Below are positions 1-7,804 of a stretch of DNA of 64,000 bases, piece by piece. The stretch spans positions 3,155 to 67,154 of the forward strand of contig CAYPNF010000003.1 in assembly GCA_964411985.1 (NCBI GenBank). The letters are read 5' to 3'. Position 1 is the stretch's first letter. Every line of letters starts with the position of its first letter. The notes under the pieces were generated by a model, which was not told the origin of the DNA, searched no databases, and worked only from the letters and a program-made list of their open reading frames with translations. The position numbers and the translations under genes were made by a program. The stretch is from an uncultured Verrucomicrobiota bacterium. GTDB lineage: Bacteria > Verrucomicrobiota > Verrucomicrobiia > Limisphaerales > J093.

Positions 1-656
1 ACGGCGCGGGCATGAAAGATGACGCCCATCCTTGGGAGGAAAACCGCGGCATGGGCTATTCCTATGGGTACAACCAGGCTGAGAACGCGGATGAATACAA
101 GAGCGCCCGCGAGTTGGTCCTGGTCCTGTGCGACTTGGTAAGCCGTGGCGGCAATTTCCTCCTCGACATTGGGCCCACCGGCGACGGCCGTATCCCCGTG
201 ATCATGCAAGATCGACTCCTGGAAATCGGGAATTGGCTCAAGGTGAACGGGGAAGCCATCTATGCCACCCGTCACGCTGGACGGGATTGCCAATGGACGG
301 AGGGCAAACGTCCGGATCAAGGTTACAAGGAATACAAGGAGGAATACAATCTGATGGGCCAGCTTGGGCAGTCGCCCAGAGGAGGCAAGGCGTGCAAGCA
401 GTTGTTCTTCACCAAGAAACCGGGAGCACTTTACGCCATCAGCGCAGGGTGGCCGGGACAAACCCTCACGATCAAGCAGGTGGAACTGGAAAAGAATGCG
501 CGCGTCACCTTGTTAGGTTACGCTGATCCACTAACCTATAGTGTTCGTGGAAAAGATGTTATCATCAACATTCCAGCCCTCAACGGCGACCAGATTCCAT
601 GTCAGTACGCGTATACGTTCAAACTGGAAACAGGGAAGTTGTTACCTGAAAAATAG
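1..656 (+). CDS. alpha-L-fucosidase (GH29-like), C-terminal part; 5' end lies outside the window
   Basis: The frame is open to the window edge. [42 protein letters not shown] is typical of GH29 fucosidase catalytic-domain ends. Confidence 0.7.
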   Translation, partial: GAGMKDDAHPWEENRGMGYSYGYNQAENADEYKSARELVLVLCDLVSRGGNFLLDIGPTGDGRIPVIMQDRLLEIGNWLKVNGEAIYATRHAGRDCQWTEGKRPDQGYKEYKEEYNLMGQLGQSPRGGKACKQLFFTKKPGALYAISAGWPGQTLTIKQVELEKNARVTLLGYADPLTYSVRGKDVIINIPALNGDQIPCQYAYTFKLETGKLLPEK

Positions 657-686
657 GGATATTCCCCCCTCCCTTGCCTCCTCCTC

Positions 687-714
687 AAGGCCCGGCTTGC
701 TTAAGTCGGGCCTT
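687..714 (+). terminator. hairpin after the fucosidase gene (possible terminator)
   Basis: Perfect 8-bp inverted repeat aaggcccg (687-694) / cgggcctt (707-714) with a 12-nt loop. The tail (tgcgtt) is only weakly T-rich. Confidence 0.35.
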
Positions 715-728
715 TGCGTTGCCGATAG
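702..728 (+). promoter_or_regulatory. sigma-28 (FliA)-like promoter, TAAG-N15-GCCGATAG
   Basis: taag at 702-705, exact 15-nt spacer, GCCGATAG at 721-728. It lies 108 nt upstream of GTG 836 and 141 nt upstream of ATG 869. Confidence 0.45.
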
Positions 729-835
729 AGACACCTGAGAGCCGCAGATCAGCCTAGGACGGCGGGAAAGAAATCCGCTCGGTTGGGCGTCAGTCACGGC
801 TCGATCCGGGTGCTGGTTCGGCGCGACTGAGCCAG

Positions 836-2596
836 GTGGGCGGATTCAGGTCTCAACCTATTTTTATCATGCAGGAAGCGAATAGCCTACGGAAAATCCA
901 ATTCGGCTTGGCCGGCCTATTGGCCGTCGCCGTCGCCGCGGTCGCGGTTATTTTTGCGACCGAATCAAGGATTGCTTCCAACCAGTTGGCTTTGATCAAG
1001 GGAATCAATCAAGGGTTGAGCGTGGTGGGGAATGCCCAGAGGGATCTGGCTGCGTTCTCGGGATCGCTCCACACGCTGTTGCTCAACCCGGAATCCACCG
1101 TTCACCGTCAAGCGCTCACCACCGCGGAGAACAACCTCTCGGCCTCGCTCCGCGCGCTCTTGAAGGAAAAGGGCCATGGCCCCGATTTTCAGACGCTCGC
1201 CACCAAATGCAACGATTCTTCCCTGAAAGAACTGACCACTTCCACCCGGAAACTGGAAGCGGCGGTCAAATCGGATCCCACAACGGTGCCGAACTTATTG
1301 GCAACCAGCTTTGCCCCTAGCAGCCGCAAACTGGAATCGGAACTGAATGCGTTGCGAGACCAGGTGAACAAGAACGCCAACGAGCGAATCTTTGAGGTGT
1401 CGGGAAGCGAGATGACCGGCCTGGTTGTCACCGGAGTTCTTCTGCTCGTCCTGCTCGCGTGGGGAGCCGCCCAGTGGGTGGCGCTCCAGAAAAGAATCGA
1501 GGCCGCTCAAAACGCGGCCCGCACCTTGCAGGGTGCACAGGCAACCGCCAAGGAAGCCGAGGCGAAGATTGCACTTCTCGAACAACAGACCCGGCAACAG
1601 ACCAGTGCGGAAACGGCAGAGAAAGCGGAACGCGCTCGAATCCCGCTGGTGGACGCGCGGCAAATTGGCAATGCACTCCTCCAAATCCTCACGCACGGTG
1701 CGAACAAGACGAAGGCGGGGTGGCGGGATGAAACTCACGTGCAAGTGGTCTTTGAAGTGGCCCCAGCCGAAGCACGACTATTGAAACCGCTCGTCACCGA
1801 GTTGATTGATGAGCCCAGCTCGGGACCTGCGGACCCTCCCGCCACCAATGAAAGTCGAACCAGTCCAAGCCTGCGTACGCGCATCATGATTGTGGAACCA
1901 GATCCGGTCTCGCGACATCTTGCGGCCCGCTTGGTCACGAAGGAGTTCGGCTATGAGGCTCAGGAGGTGGCCAGTGGGGGTGAAGCCCTGGATGCCATGC
2001 GCAACGGTCTCTTACCAGCCATGGTTCTGGCGGAGATCGGGATGCCCGGCGAGGACGCCTTCCGGATGCTCCACCAAATGCGAAATGATGCGCGGCTTCG
2101 TGTGGTCCCAGTTACCTTTTTTGGCAATGCAGAGAATACAGCGAACCTTGCCAAGGCCTCGGAACTCCATGGCACCGGCCGACTCCTCACACCCTTCGTT
2201 GCGGAGGAAGTCTGGGAAGAGATCCATCGAGTACTCTCACCGCCCTCCAACGAGGGAAAAACCACCCCAGCCGCGATGCCAGAAGGAAGTTACGCCCAGT
2301 TGGTGGAATCGCTGACTGAGGAAATTGCCCAGACAGCTACGGAGGTGCGCATCGACCTCACCAAGGGCAACCGCAGGTCCGCCTTGGCACGCATCGATGG
2401 TATCCGCGGAGCCGCGATGAACCTCGGGGACCAAACCATCATCGCCATCACGAAAAAGCTGGAGAAGGCGATCGAGGGTGGTGATTTTGAATCGATCATG
2501 CCGGAGCTGGAGTCCCTGGAAAAGGAAAACGAGCGAGTCAAGGGCAAGCTTGCCCAGATCGCGGCCGGAAAGACCGCTGAACGTTCGGAGTCTTGA
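836..2596 (+). CDS. membrane sensor with pseudo-receiver and HPt-like domains (no kinase domain)
   Basis: 586-aa ORF starting at GTG 836 (first ATG is 869). It has an N-terminal TM, a helical extracytoplasmic region, a second TM (GLVVTGVLLLVLLAWGAAQWVAL), a coiled coil, a receiver-like domain (RIMIVEPDPVSRHL..MVLAEIGMPGEDAF..LLTPF) and a C-terminal HPt-like segment (ARIDGIRGAAMNLGD). Confidence 0.7.
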   Translation: MGGFRSQPIFIMQEANSLRKIQFGLAGLLAVAVAAVAVIFATESRIASNQLALIKGINQGLSVVGNAQRDLAAFSGSLHTLLLNPESTVHRQALTTAENNLSASLRALLKEKGHGPDFQTLATKCNDSSLKELTTSTRKLEAAVKSDPTTVPNLLATSFAPSSRKLESELNALRDQVNKNANERIFEVSGSEMTGLVVTGVLLLVLLAWGAAQWVALQKRIEAAQNAARTLQGAQATAKEAEAKIALLEQQTRQQTSAETAEKAERARIPLVDARQIGNALLQILTHGANKTKAGWRDETHVQVVFEVAPAEARLLKPLVTELIDEPSSGPADPPATNESRTSPSLRTRIMIVEPDPVSRHLAARLVTKEFGYEAQEVASGGEALDAMRNGLLPAMVLAEIGMPGEDAFRMLHQMRNDARLRVVPVTFFGNAENTANLAKASELHGTGRLLTPFVAEEVWEEIHRVLSPPSNEGKTTPAAMPEGSYAQLVESLTEEIAQTATEVRIDLTKGNRRSALARIDGIRGAAMNLGDQTIIAITKKLEKAIEGGDFESIMPELESLEKENERVKGKLAQIAAGKTAERSES

Positions 2597-2634
2597 GACC
2601 TTGGGACTAACTGGAATGGGGTCCTAAGCCTGGA

Positions 2635-3537
2635 CTAGACGAGACCTTCCACGATGGCGGGCAACCGCTCAATATAGCTGCGCAAACTATTGCGAGCAGC
2701 CAAGATATGGGTTGGACTCTGGTCCGGGAACAGGATTCCCCACCCTGCGGTCTCCACCCAAACATCCGCCGAAATCTTCTGAGGATTGCCACTGGTGCCA
2801 ATCTTGGCCTGCCTCACCAAGAGATCAGCAACCTGCACCGCAGCAACGACTTGAGGGAACTTCTTCGCCTCCCCAGGGCGGTGATGACACTCCGCCGTCT
2901 CGATCATCACTTCGGGAAGGTTATGCCAGCGCAGGTACATCCCTCCCAATTTGGAGTGGTCCACCCCCAAGACCTCTTGCTCGGTCTGGAGCAAGTCGTT
3001 CTGCCCTTCTTGGAGGCGTCTACGGATCTCCGCAAAATGTTGAGGAAAAGCGGCGGCCATGGCGATCTTGCCGACATCATGCACCAGACCAGCCACGTAG
3101 TCAGCCTCTTCCGAGGAAGCTTGAGCCGCAATCACGACCTCACTGGTTAGCAAAGCCGTGGCGATACAATGCTGCCAAAAGCCCCTCCAAGGGAAAGGGA
3201 CATTGCCGGCTAACTTCTGAAAGTCCTCGATCACAGGAGTTACCATCGCCAACTGCCGGATCTGCCTGACCCCGAGGTAGAAAACGGCCTCCTCGATGCT
3301 CTTCACTGGGGTGGTGATGCCGTAGTAGACCGAGTTCACCAACCGCAGGAGACGGGACGTCAGGGAAGGGTCACGCCGGATGACATCCGAGATCTGCGAA
3401 GTAAAGCGCTGGTCAGCATCCAGCAACTCGCGCAACGCGTGGCTGATGCTGCTAAGGGACGGCAACCGGGGGCAGTTACGCAACCGTGCCTCAATTGCCG
3501 TCAGCTCTAGCGGTTCTATCGAAGGAGTCACACTCAT
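2635..3537 (-). CDS. HDOD domain protein
   Basis: LPSLSSISHALRELLDADQRFTSQISDVIRRDPSLTSRLLRLVNSVYYG plus VHDVGKIAM match the HDOD pattern. The track start at 3576 is TTG; I prefer ATG 3537 (MSVTPSIEPL), which sits just downstream of a sigma-70-like promoter. Confidence 0.85.
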   Translation of the reverse strand: MSVTPSIEPLELTAIEARLRNCPRLPSLSSISHALRELLDADQRFTSQISDVIRRDPSLTSRLLRLVNSVYYGITTPVKSIEEAVFYLGVRQIRQLAMVTPVIEDFQKLAGNVPFPWRGFWQHCIATALLTSEVVIAAQASSEEADYVAGLVHDVGKIAMAAAFPQHFAEIRRRLQEGQNDLLQTEQEVLGVDHSKLGGMYLRWHNLPEVMIETAECHHRPGEAKKFPQVVAAVQVADLLVRQAKIGTSGNPQKISADVWVETAGWGILFPDQSPTHILAARNSLRSYIERLPAIVEGLV

Positions 3538-3548
3538 GACATGGTTGG

Positions 3549-3576
3549 ATATTAGGGATCCTCTTGCAATCGTCAA
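3549..3576 (-). promoter_or_regulatory. sigma-70-like promoter TTGACG-N16-TAATAT for the HDOD gene
   Basis: The minus strand reads TTGACG (3576-3571), a 16-nt spacer, TAATAT (3554-3549), then ccaacc and ATGTCATGAGTG. Confidence 0.45.
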
Positions 3577-3607
3577 CCAACCACAGGCGCTATTTCAAAA
3601 AAAGAGT

Positions 3608-3634
3608 TAAGTGCTAGGAAAAAGATGCCGATGA
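3608..3634 (+). promoter_or_regulatory. sigma-28-like promoter TAAG-N15-GCCGATGA upstream of cheX
   Basis: taag at 3608-3611, 15-nt spacer, GCCGATGA at 3627-3634. The cheX ATG is at 3644, so the leader would be very short. Confidence 0.4.
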
Positions 3635-3643
3635 CCCAGTAGG

Positions 3644-4114
3644 ATGATAGCCGACATCGATAAACTCACCGAGTCAGCAGTAAGAGAGTTCTTTACGACC
3701 ATGCTGGGGGCCGAACTCATCACAGATACGGACGCGGGCCTTGCCAATGACGGGAGCGCGCAAGTGGTTGGCTCGGTCTCGTTTGTTGGACAGGCGAGTG
3801 GGCTGGTCTGCTTGTACATGAGTGAGCCGCTGGCCCTTCGAATCACCAGCCACATGTTGGGGCTTAGCCAGGAAGAGGCGAACGACGCCGAAATCGTCAA
3901 TGATGCCGTTGGTGAAATGACCAACATGGTGGGAGGCCATTTCAAGTCTCGGCTCACCGACCGCGGCTTAGCCTGTAAGCTTTCCATTCCCTCGATCGTT
4001 CGAGGGAGCAACTTCACAATTGAATCCGTCACAAACACCACGCGGGTGGTCCTCGGGTTCAAACTGGAAGCGGAGAGAATTGTAGCGGAAGTAATACTTA
4101 AGCAAACTGCCTAG
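3644..4114 (+). CDS. cheX: CheX-like chemotaxis phosphatase
   Basis: 156 aa. AVREFFTTMLGAEL..VVGSVSFVGQASGLVCLYMSE..NDAVGEMTNMVGGHFKS matches the CheX/CheC-like family pattern. Confidence 0.8.
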   Translation: MIADIDKLTESAVREFFTTMLGAELITDTDAGLANDGSAQVVGSVSFVGQASGLVCLYMSEPLALRITSHMLGLSQEEANDAEIVNDAVGEMTNMVGGHFKSRLTDRGLACKLSIPSIVRGSNFTIESVTNTTRVVLGFKLEAERIVAEVILKQTA

Positions 4115-4119
4115 ACACC

Positions 4120-5259
4120 ATGGGACCCAAGATTCTGACTGTTGACGACAGCAAGACGATCCGGATGATCATCAGCAAGGCTTTCAAGCCTTTTGACTGT
4201 GAAGTTTCGGAAGCTAGCAATGGGGTGGAAGGCCTGGCGATGGCTTCGAAGGAGAAGCCGGACCTGATCATTCTGGACCTAACCATGCCCATCATGGATG
4301 GCTACGAGACGCTCACCAAACTCAAGGCCGATCCGGAATTGAAGAACATCCCCGTCGTGATGCTCACGGCCGAGGCTGGACGTGAAAATGTCCTGCGCAT
4401 CGCCCGCCTGGGAGTCCGCGACTACCTGGTCAAACCCTTCAAGGAAGACCTGGTGATCGAGCGGGTAGGCCGAATCATCGATCTCAAGCCCAAGGGCGAG
4501 AGCATCACAAAGGCCAAACGCTTTGACGACCCCCTGAACATCCTCATGGTGGATGACAAGCCGGCGATTCTGGACCAACTCAAGGATGGTCTGAAGGACA
4601 CGACGTGGAAGCTGGTCGGCAAGATTGCGACAGGAGAAGCTGTCGACTACGCCACCCAACACACTCCGGACGTAATCCTGATCTCGCTCAGCTTGCCGGA
4701 GAACGGAGGTTTCACGCTCTTCCAGATTCTGCGCGCCAGCTCCAAGACCAAGTCGGTTCCCATCTTCGCCCTCTGCGTGAAAACCGCCACGGACGACCAG
4801 ATGCGCGCTCAACAAGCGGGGTTCACCGGCATCATCACCAAGCCAATCGATCTGGACGACCTGAAGTCCAAGATCACCCGCACTCTGAACCTGGACACCT
4901 CCTACAAGTACTTCTCGATCAAGGACGGTGTTCTGCTGATCAAGCTCCCAGGCAATTTCAGCCAATCGGTATCGAACGACGTTACCCTGCATCTGCGCCG
5001 TAAGGTGGCGGAAGGGGTCGACAGTGGCGTTAGCAAGGTCATCCTCGACATGAGCCAACTCGAGCGTCCGGACATCGCGCTCATTAAGCTTGGGTTCGGG
5101 GTGATTCAACTCTGCCACGAATTGTCCATGAAGATCCGCGTGATGGCCTCCTCCGCGGTTCTGCTGGAATGCAAAAACTACGAAGAAACGAAGGAGTGGC
5201 CTTTCTCCTCCTCCTTTGAGGAAGCGTTGGAAGCTCTTGCCGGCCGTGACCCGGCTTAG
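4120..5259 (+). CDS. response regulator with REC, degenerate REC and STAS-like domains
   Basis: REC1 is canonical (VDDSKTIR, DLIILDLTMPIMDG, VVMLTAE, DYLVKPF). REC2 lacks the acceptor Asp (DVILISLSLPENGG). The C terminus is STAS-like (VLLIKLPGNF..VILDMSQLERPDIALIKLGFG). Confidence 0.85.
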   Translation: MGPKILTVDDSKTIRMIISKAFKPFDCEVSEASNGVEGLAMASKEKPDLIILDLTMPIMDGYETLTKLKADPELKNIPVVMLTAEAGRENVLRIARLGVRDYLVKPFKEDLVIERVGRIIDLKPKGESITKAKRFDDPLNILMVDDKPAILDQLKDGLKDTTWKLVGKIATGEAVDYATQHTPDVILISLSLPENGGFTLFQILRASSKTKSVPIFALCVKTATDDQMRAQQAGFTGIITKPIDLDDLKSKITRTLNLDTSYKYFSIKDGVLLIKLPGNFSQSVSNDVTLHLRRKVAEGVDSGVSKVILDMSQLERPDIALIKLGFGVIQLCHELSMKIRVMASSAVLLECKNYEETKEWPFSSSFEEALEALAGRDPA

Positions 5260-5282
5260 GCGACCAGTGATCAACACAGACG

Positions 5283-5302
5283 GTCTGCCCGGTTGGGCAG
5301 AC
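5283..5302 (+). terminator. hairpin after the REC-REC-STAS gene
   Basis: gtctgccc-ggtt-gggcagac is a perfect 8-bp stem with a 4-nt loop. The following T tract is short (tt). Confidence 0.35.
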
Positions 5303-5370
5303 TTGGGCGACCCTCGGGATCATGCCAGGATGGCACAGGGTAGCCGACCGAACATGAACGGATTCAGATT

Positions 5371-5850
5371 ATGCGCGCGTTTCGCTCCCTTGTAGCAGGC
5401 GCGGTTGTTTGTGTTTCCATGACACCAACCGTCAAATCCGATTATCTGCGAAAAACCGGGCCGCCCCCCCTGCGACTTGCTGTCGACGCTCCCGGGAGGG
5501 TGTCCGCCGATCTTCCCCCGCTGGTCATGTTTGAAACCCCAAGCCCGCCGGAGGAAAAGCCCAAGCAGGAAGAGCCCCCAGCCAAACTCGACTCCCCAGC
5601 AGAGAGCCTTTATGACTTTTGGCGTGCTTTCTGGGATAGCATCGCAAGCCGCTCGACGATGGAATCCGGCTCCGGCCCCTCAGCACCTCCTGACCCACAA
5701 CAGGTCCGGGAACGGCTGTTTGAACTCTTGGTCACCAAGGCGCCGGGAACCAACTCCTTCCAAGGCGGAATCGTGGTCCCCATTGGCTTCGTTGAACCGC
5801 CCCCCGTTTCCCCTCCACTCCAAAGCAGCGCAACGTATTCCACGCCCTAG
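5371..5850 (+). CDS. hypothetical Pro-rich secreted protein
   Basis: 159-aa ORF with a hydrophobic N terminus (MRAFRSLVAGAVVCVSM) and Pro/Glu-rich low-complexity sequence. It lies 12 nt upstream of the TPR gene on the same strand. Confidence 0.5.
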   Translation: MRAFRSLVAGAVVCVSMTPTVKSDYLRKTGPPPLRLAVDAPGRVSADLPPLVMFETPSPPEEKPKQEEPPAKLDSPAESLYDFWRAFWDSIASRSTMESGSGPSAPPDPQQVRERLFELLVTKAPGTNSFQGGIVVPIGFVEPPPVSPPLQSSATYSTP

Positions 5851-5862
5851 AGCCCACCGCCT

Positions 5863-7368
5863 ATGCTATTGCGCAAGCCATTCCCTCTACCGCAAACAGC
5901 TTTCATCCTGACTTTGCTGCTGACCCTCGGAACGATCCATAGCTCCGCTTTGCGAGCAAGCGACCAGGCCGCCCCGCCGCCGCCCGCGGCGGTGGCACCC
6001 GCCTCTGCCCAGCCTATCAGCCTGGATTCCGCCGTCCCACCCACCCCACCCACCAAGAAAATGGGCCCAGCAAAGCCCATAGGGCCAGCCAAATCCAACC
6101 CGGATCACCCCAAAGAAAAGGAAAAACATGACTCCGCGGAAAAATCCGGGGTATCTCCGGTCCTGGAGTCCAATGCGGAAGGGGTTGGCTCCTCGAACGT
6201 GGTCCGATCTTTGCACGGCAACCCCCGGCAAAAGCAGCTAGCCGCCTACCAAACCCAGCTTCAGGCCGCCAAACAGTTGCGGTGGGAAAAATCCGCCCCC
6301 CAAGCGACACAAAAGCTGGCAACGCTGGTCGAGGACCCGGAAACCCCGGATGACATCCGCCGACAGGCTCTGCTGGAGTTGGCCTTGGCCGCGCAAGATG
6401 AACGCCAGCTGCCGAGAGCCCAGCAGATTTTCGCGCAGTTCACCCACCGGTATCCCGATGATCCGAGCGTGCCGGAGATCTACTACCGACAAGGGTTGTT
6501 GTTCCGCGAAATGGGAGCCAACCAGAGCGCACTGAACAAGTTCTTCGCGGCCATGAACAGTTCCCTGCAAGTGAAGTACGAGCAGTTGGACTACTACGAG
6601 GGCCTCGTGCTCCATGCGCAAAACGAAATCGCGGAAACCTACTTTATGCAGGGCGAATTCGCGGAAGCAGCGTCCTATTTCGAACGTCTCCTGAAGTTGG
6701 AGGACCCCAACCTGGCGCGTTCCCTGGTTCAATACAAACTCCTCTTCTGCTACGTGAACCTAGGCTTGCACGAGAAGGGCATCTGGCAAGCCAGGGATTA
6801 CCTGACCAAGCACCTGGGCGCCCCTGAGGAACCGGAGGTGCGTTACCTGCTGGCCTCGACCCTAAAGAAGAAAGGTGACGATGCCAACGCCCTCGAGCAA
6901 GTGTTCATCCTGCTGCAAGCGCAGAGCAAGTCCTCAGAGGAGGGCATGGAAGAGCAGAGAAGCTGGCGTTACTGGCAACAGAAGGCGGGCAACGAAATTG
7001 CCAACCAGTTCTATCGCGAAGGCAGTTTTCAGAAGGCCCTCCAAATCTACAGCCAACTCGCTCTGATGAATCCGGATCCAACGTGGCAAATACCCGCTTG
7101 GTACCAGGTCGGGCTGGCCTTCGAAAGCTTGAAACAACCGTTCAAAGCGCAGGAGGCCTACGGTAAGATTCTGTCCAAGGAGGCCGAACTCAAGACCAAC
7201 TCCCTCACCCCAAGCCTGACGATGCTCATCGACATGGCACGGTGGCGGACTGGCTACCTGGCCTGGCAAACGAACGCCGAGATCGCCACTCGCGACCTCC
7301 ACCTTCGACTCCCCGCACTTTCGACCAACACGCTGGCGTCCCTCCCCGCGAATGAACCCAAACCCTGA
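5863..7368 (+). CDS. TPR-repeat protein with N-terminal signal-like segment
   Basis: 501 aa. The N terminus is hydrophobic (FILTLLLTLGTIHSSALRA). TPR-like repeats are present (YYRQGLLFREMGANQSALNKFFAAM, YFMQGEFAEAASYFERLL, FYREGSFQKALQIYSQL). Confidence 0.75.
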   Translation: MLLRKPFPLPQTAFILTLLLTLGTIHSSALRASDQAAPPPPAAVAPASAQPISLDSAVPPTPPTKKMGPAKPIGPAKSNPDHPKEKEKHDSAEKSGVSPVLESNAEGVGSSNVVRSLHGNPRQKQLAAYQTQLQAAKQLRWEKSAPQATQKLATLVEDPETPDDIRRQALLELALAAQDERQLPRAQQIFAQFTHRYPDDPSVPEIYYRQGLLFREMGANQSALNKFFAAMNSSLQVKYEQLDYYEGLVLHAQNEIAETYFMQGEFAEAASYFERLLKLEDPNLARSLVQYKLLFCYVNLGLHEKGIWQARDYLTKHLGAPEEPEVRYLLASTLKKKGDDANALEQVFILLQAQSKSSEEGMEEQRSWRYWQQKAGNEIANQFYREGSFQKALQIYSQLALMNPDPTWQIPAWYQVGLAFESLKQPFKAQEAYGKILSKEAELKTNSLTPSLTMLIDMARWRTGYLAWQTNAEIATRDLHLRLPALSTNTLASLPANEPKP

Positions 7369-7804
7369 CGCTTCTGGAGACATTGCCGGGCAATTGCGAA
7401 GCCACTTGGCGGTGTGCCGGGAACTTCTCGCCGCCATCGAACAGGAAAGCCAGGCCCTCCGGCAGGGCGAGGAGCACCAAGACCAGGCTGTCCGCGCAAG
7501 AAAAGGCTTGCTTCCGCGCCTGGTCCAGTCCCTAGATGGCCTTCGAGTAGCCCGTGCCCACTGGCAGAAGCTGAGCCACGCGGAACGCGACCAACAAGGT
7601 CCCGTACCTGCGCTGTTGCGCCAGAACCAGGAATTGATTATGAAGATCCTGGTCTTGGACCGGGAAAACGAGCAACTCCTGCTGCGAAAGGGCTTGGTTC
7701 CTCCGCGGCATTTGCCTCCGCTGAATCGACAGCGGCCTCATTACGTGGCCAACTTGTATCAGCGCAGCCAGGGTGCCAATCTAAGACCAACGAATGCCGA
7801 TTGA
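7352..7804 (+). CDS. FlgN-like putative flagellar chaperone
   Basis: 150-aa helical protein (LAVCRELLAAIEQESQALRQGE..LLRQNQELIMKILVLDRENEQLL). It overlaps the TPR gene by 17 nt and the sigma-54 activator gene by 11 nt. The resemblance to FlgN is by eye only. Confidence 0.4.
   Translation: MNPNPDASGDIAGQLRSHLAVCRELLAAIEQESQALRQGEEHQDQAVRARKGLLPRLVQSLDGLRVARAHWQKLSHAERDQQGPVPALLRQNQELIMKILVLDRENEQLLLRKGLVPPRHLPPLNRQRPHYVANLYQRSQGANLRPTNAD

Noticed and set aside
4279-5277. 332-aa minus-strand ORF
   Set aside because: It is antisense to the REC-REC-STAS gene, which has clear receiver motifs. This is a shadow ORF.
5331-5346. TGGCAC-agggt-AGCC as a sigma-54 promoter upstream of the orf159-TPR-EBP operon
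   Set aside because: The -24 half is perfect, but the -12 element reads AGCC instead of TTGC and its GC is displaced by one position. That is not enough support.
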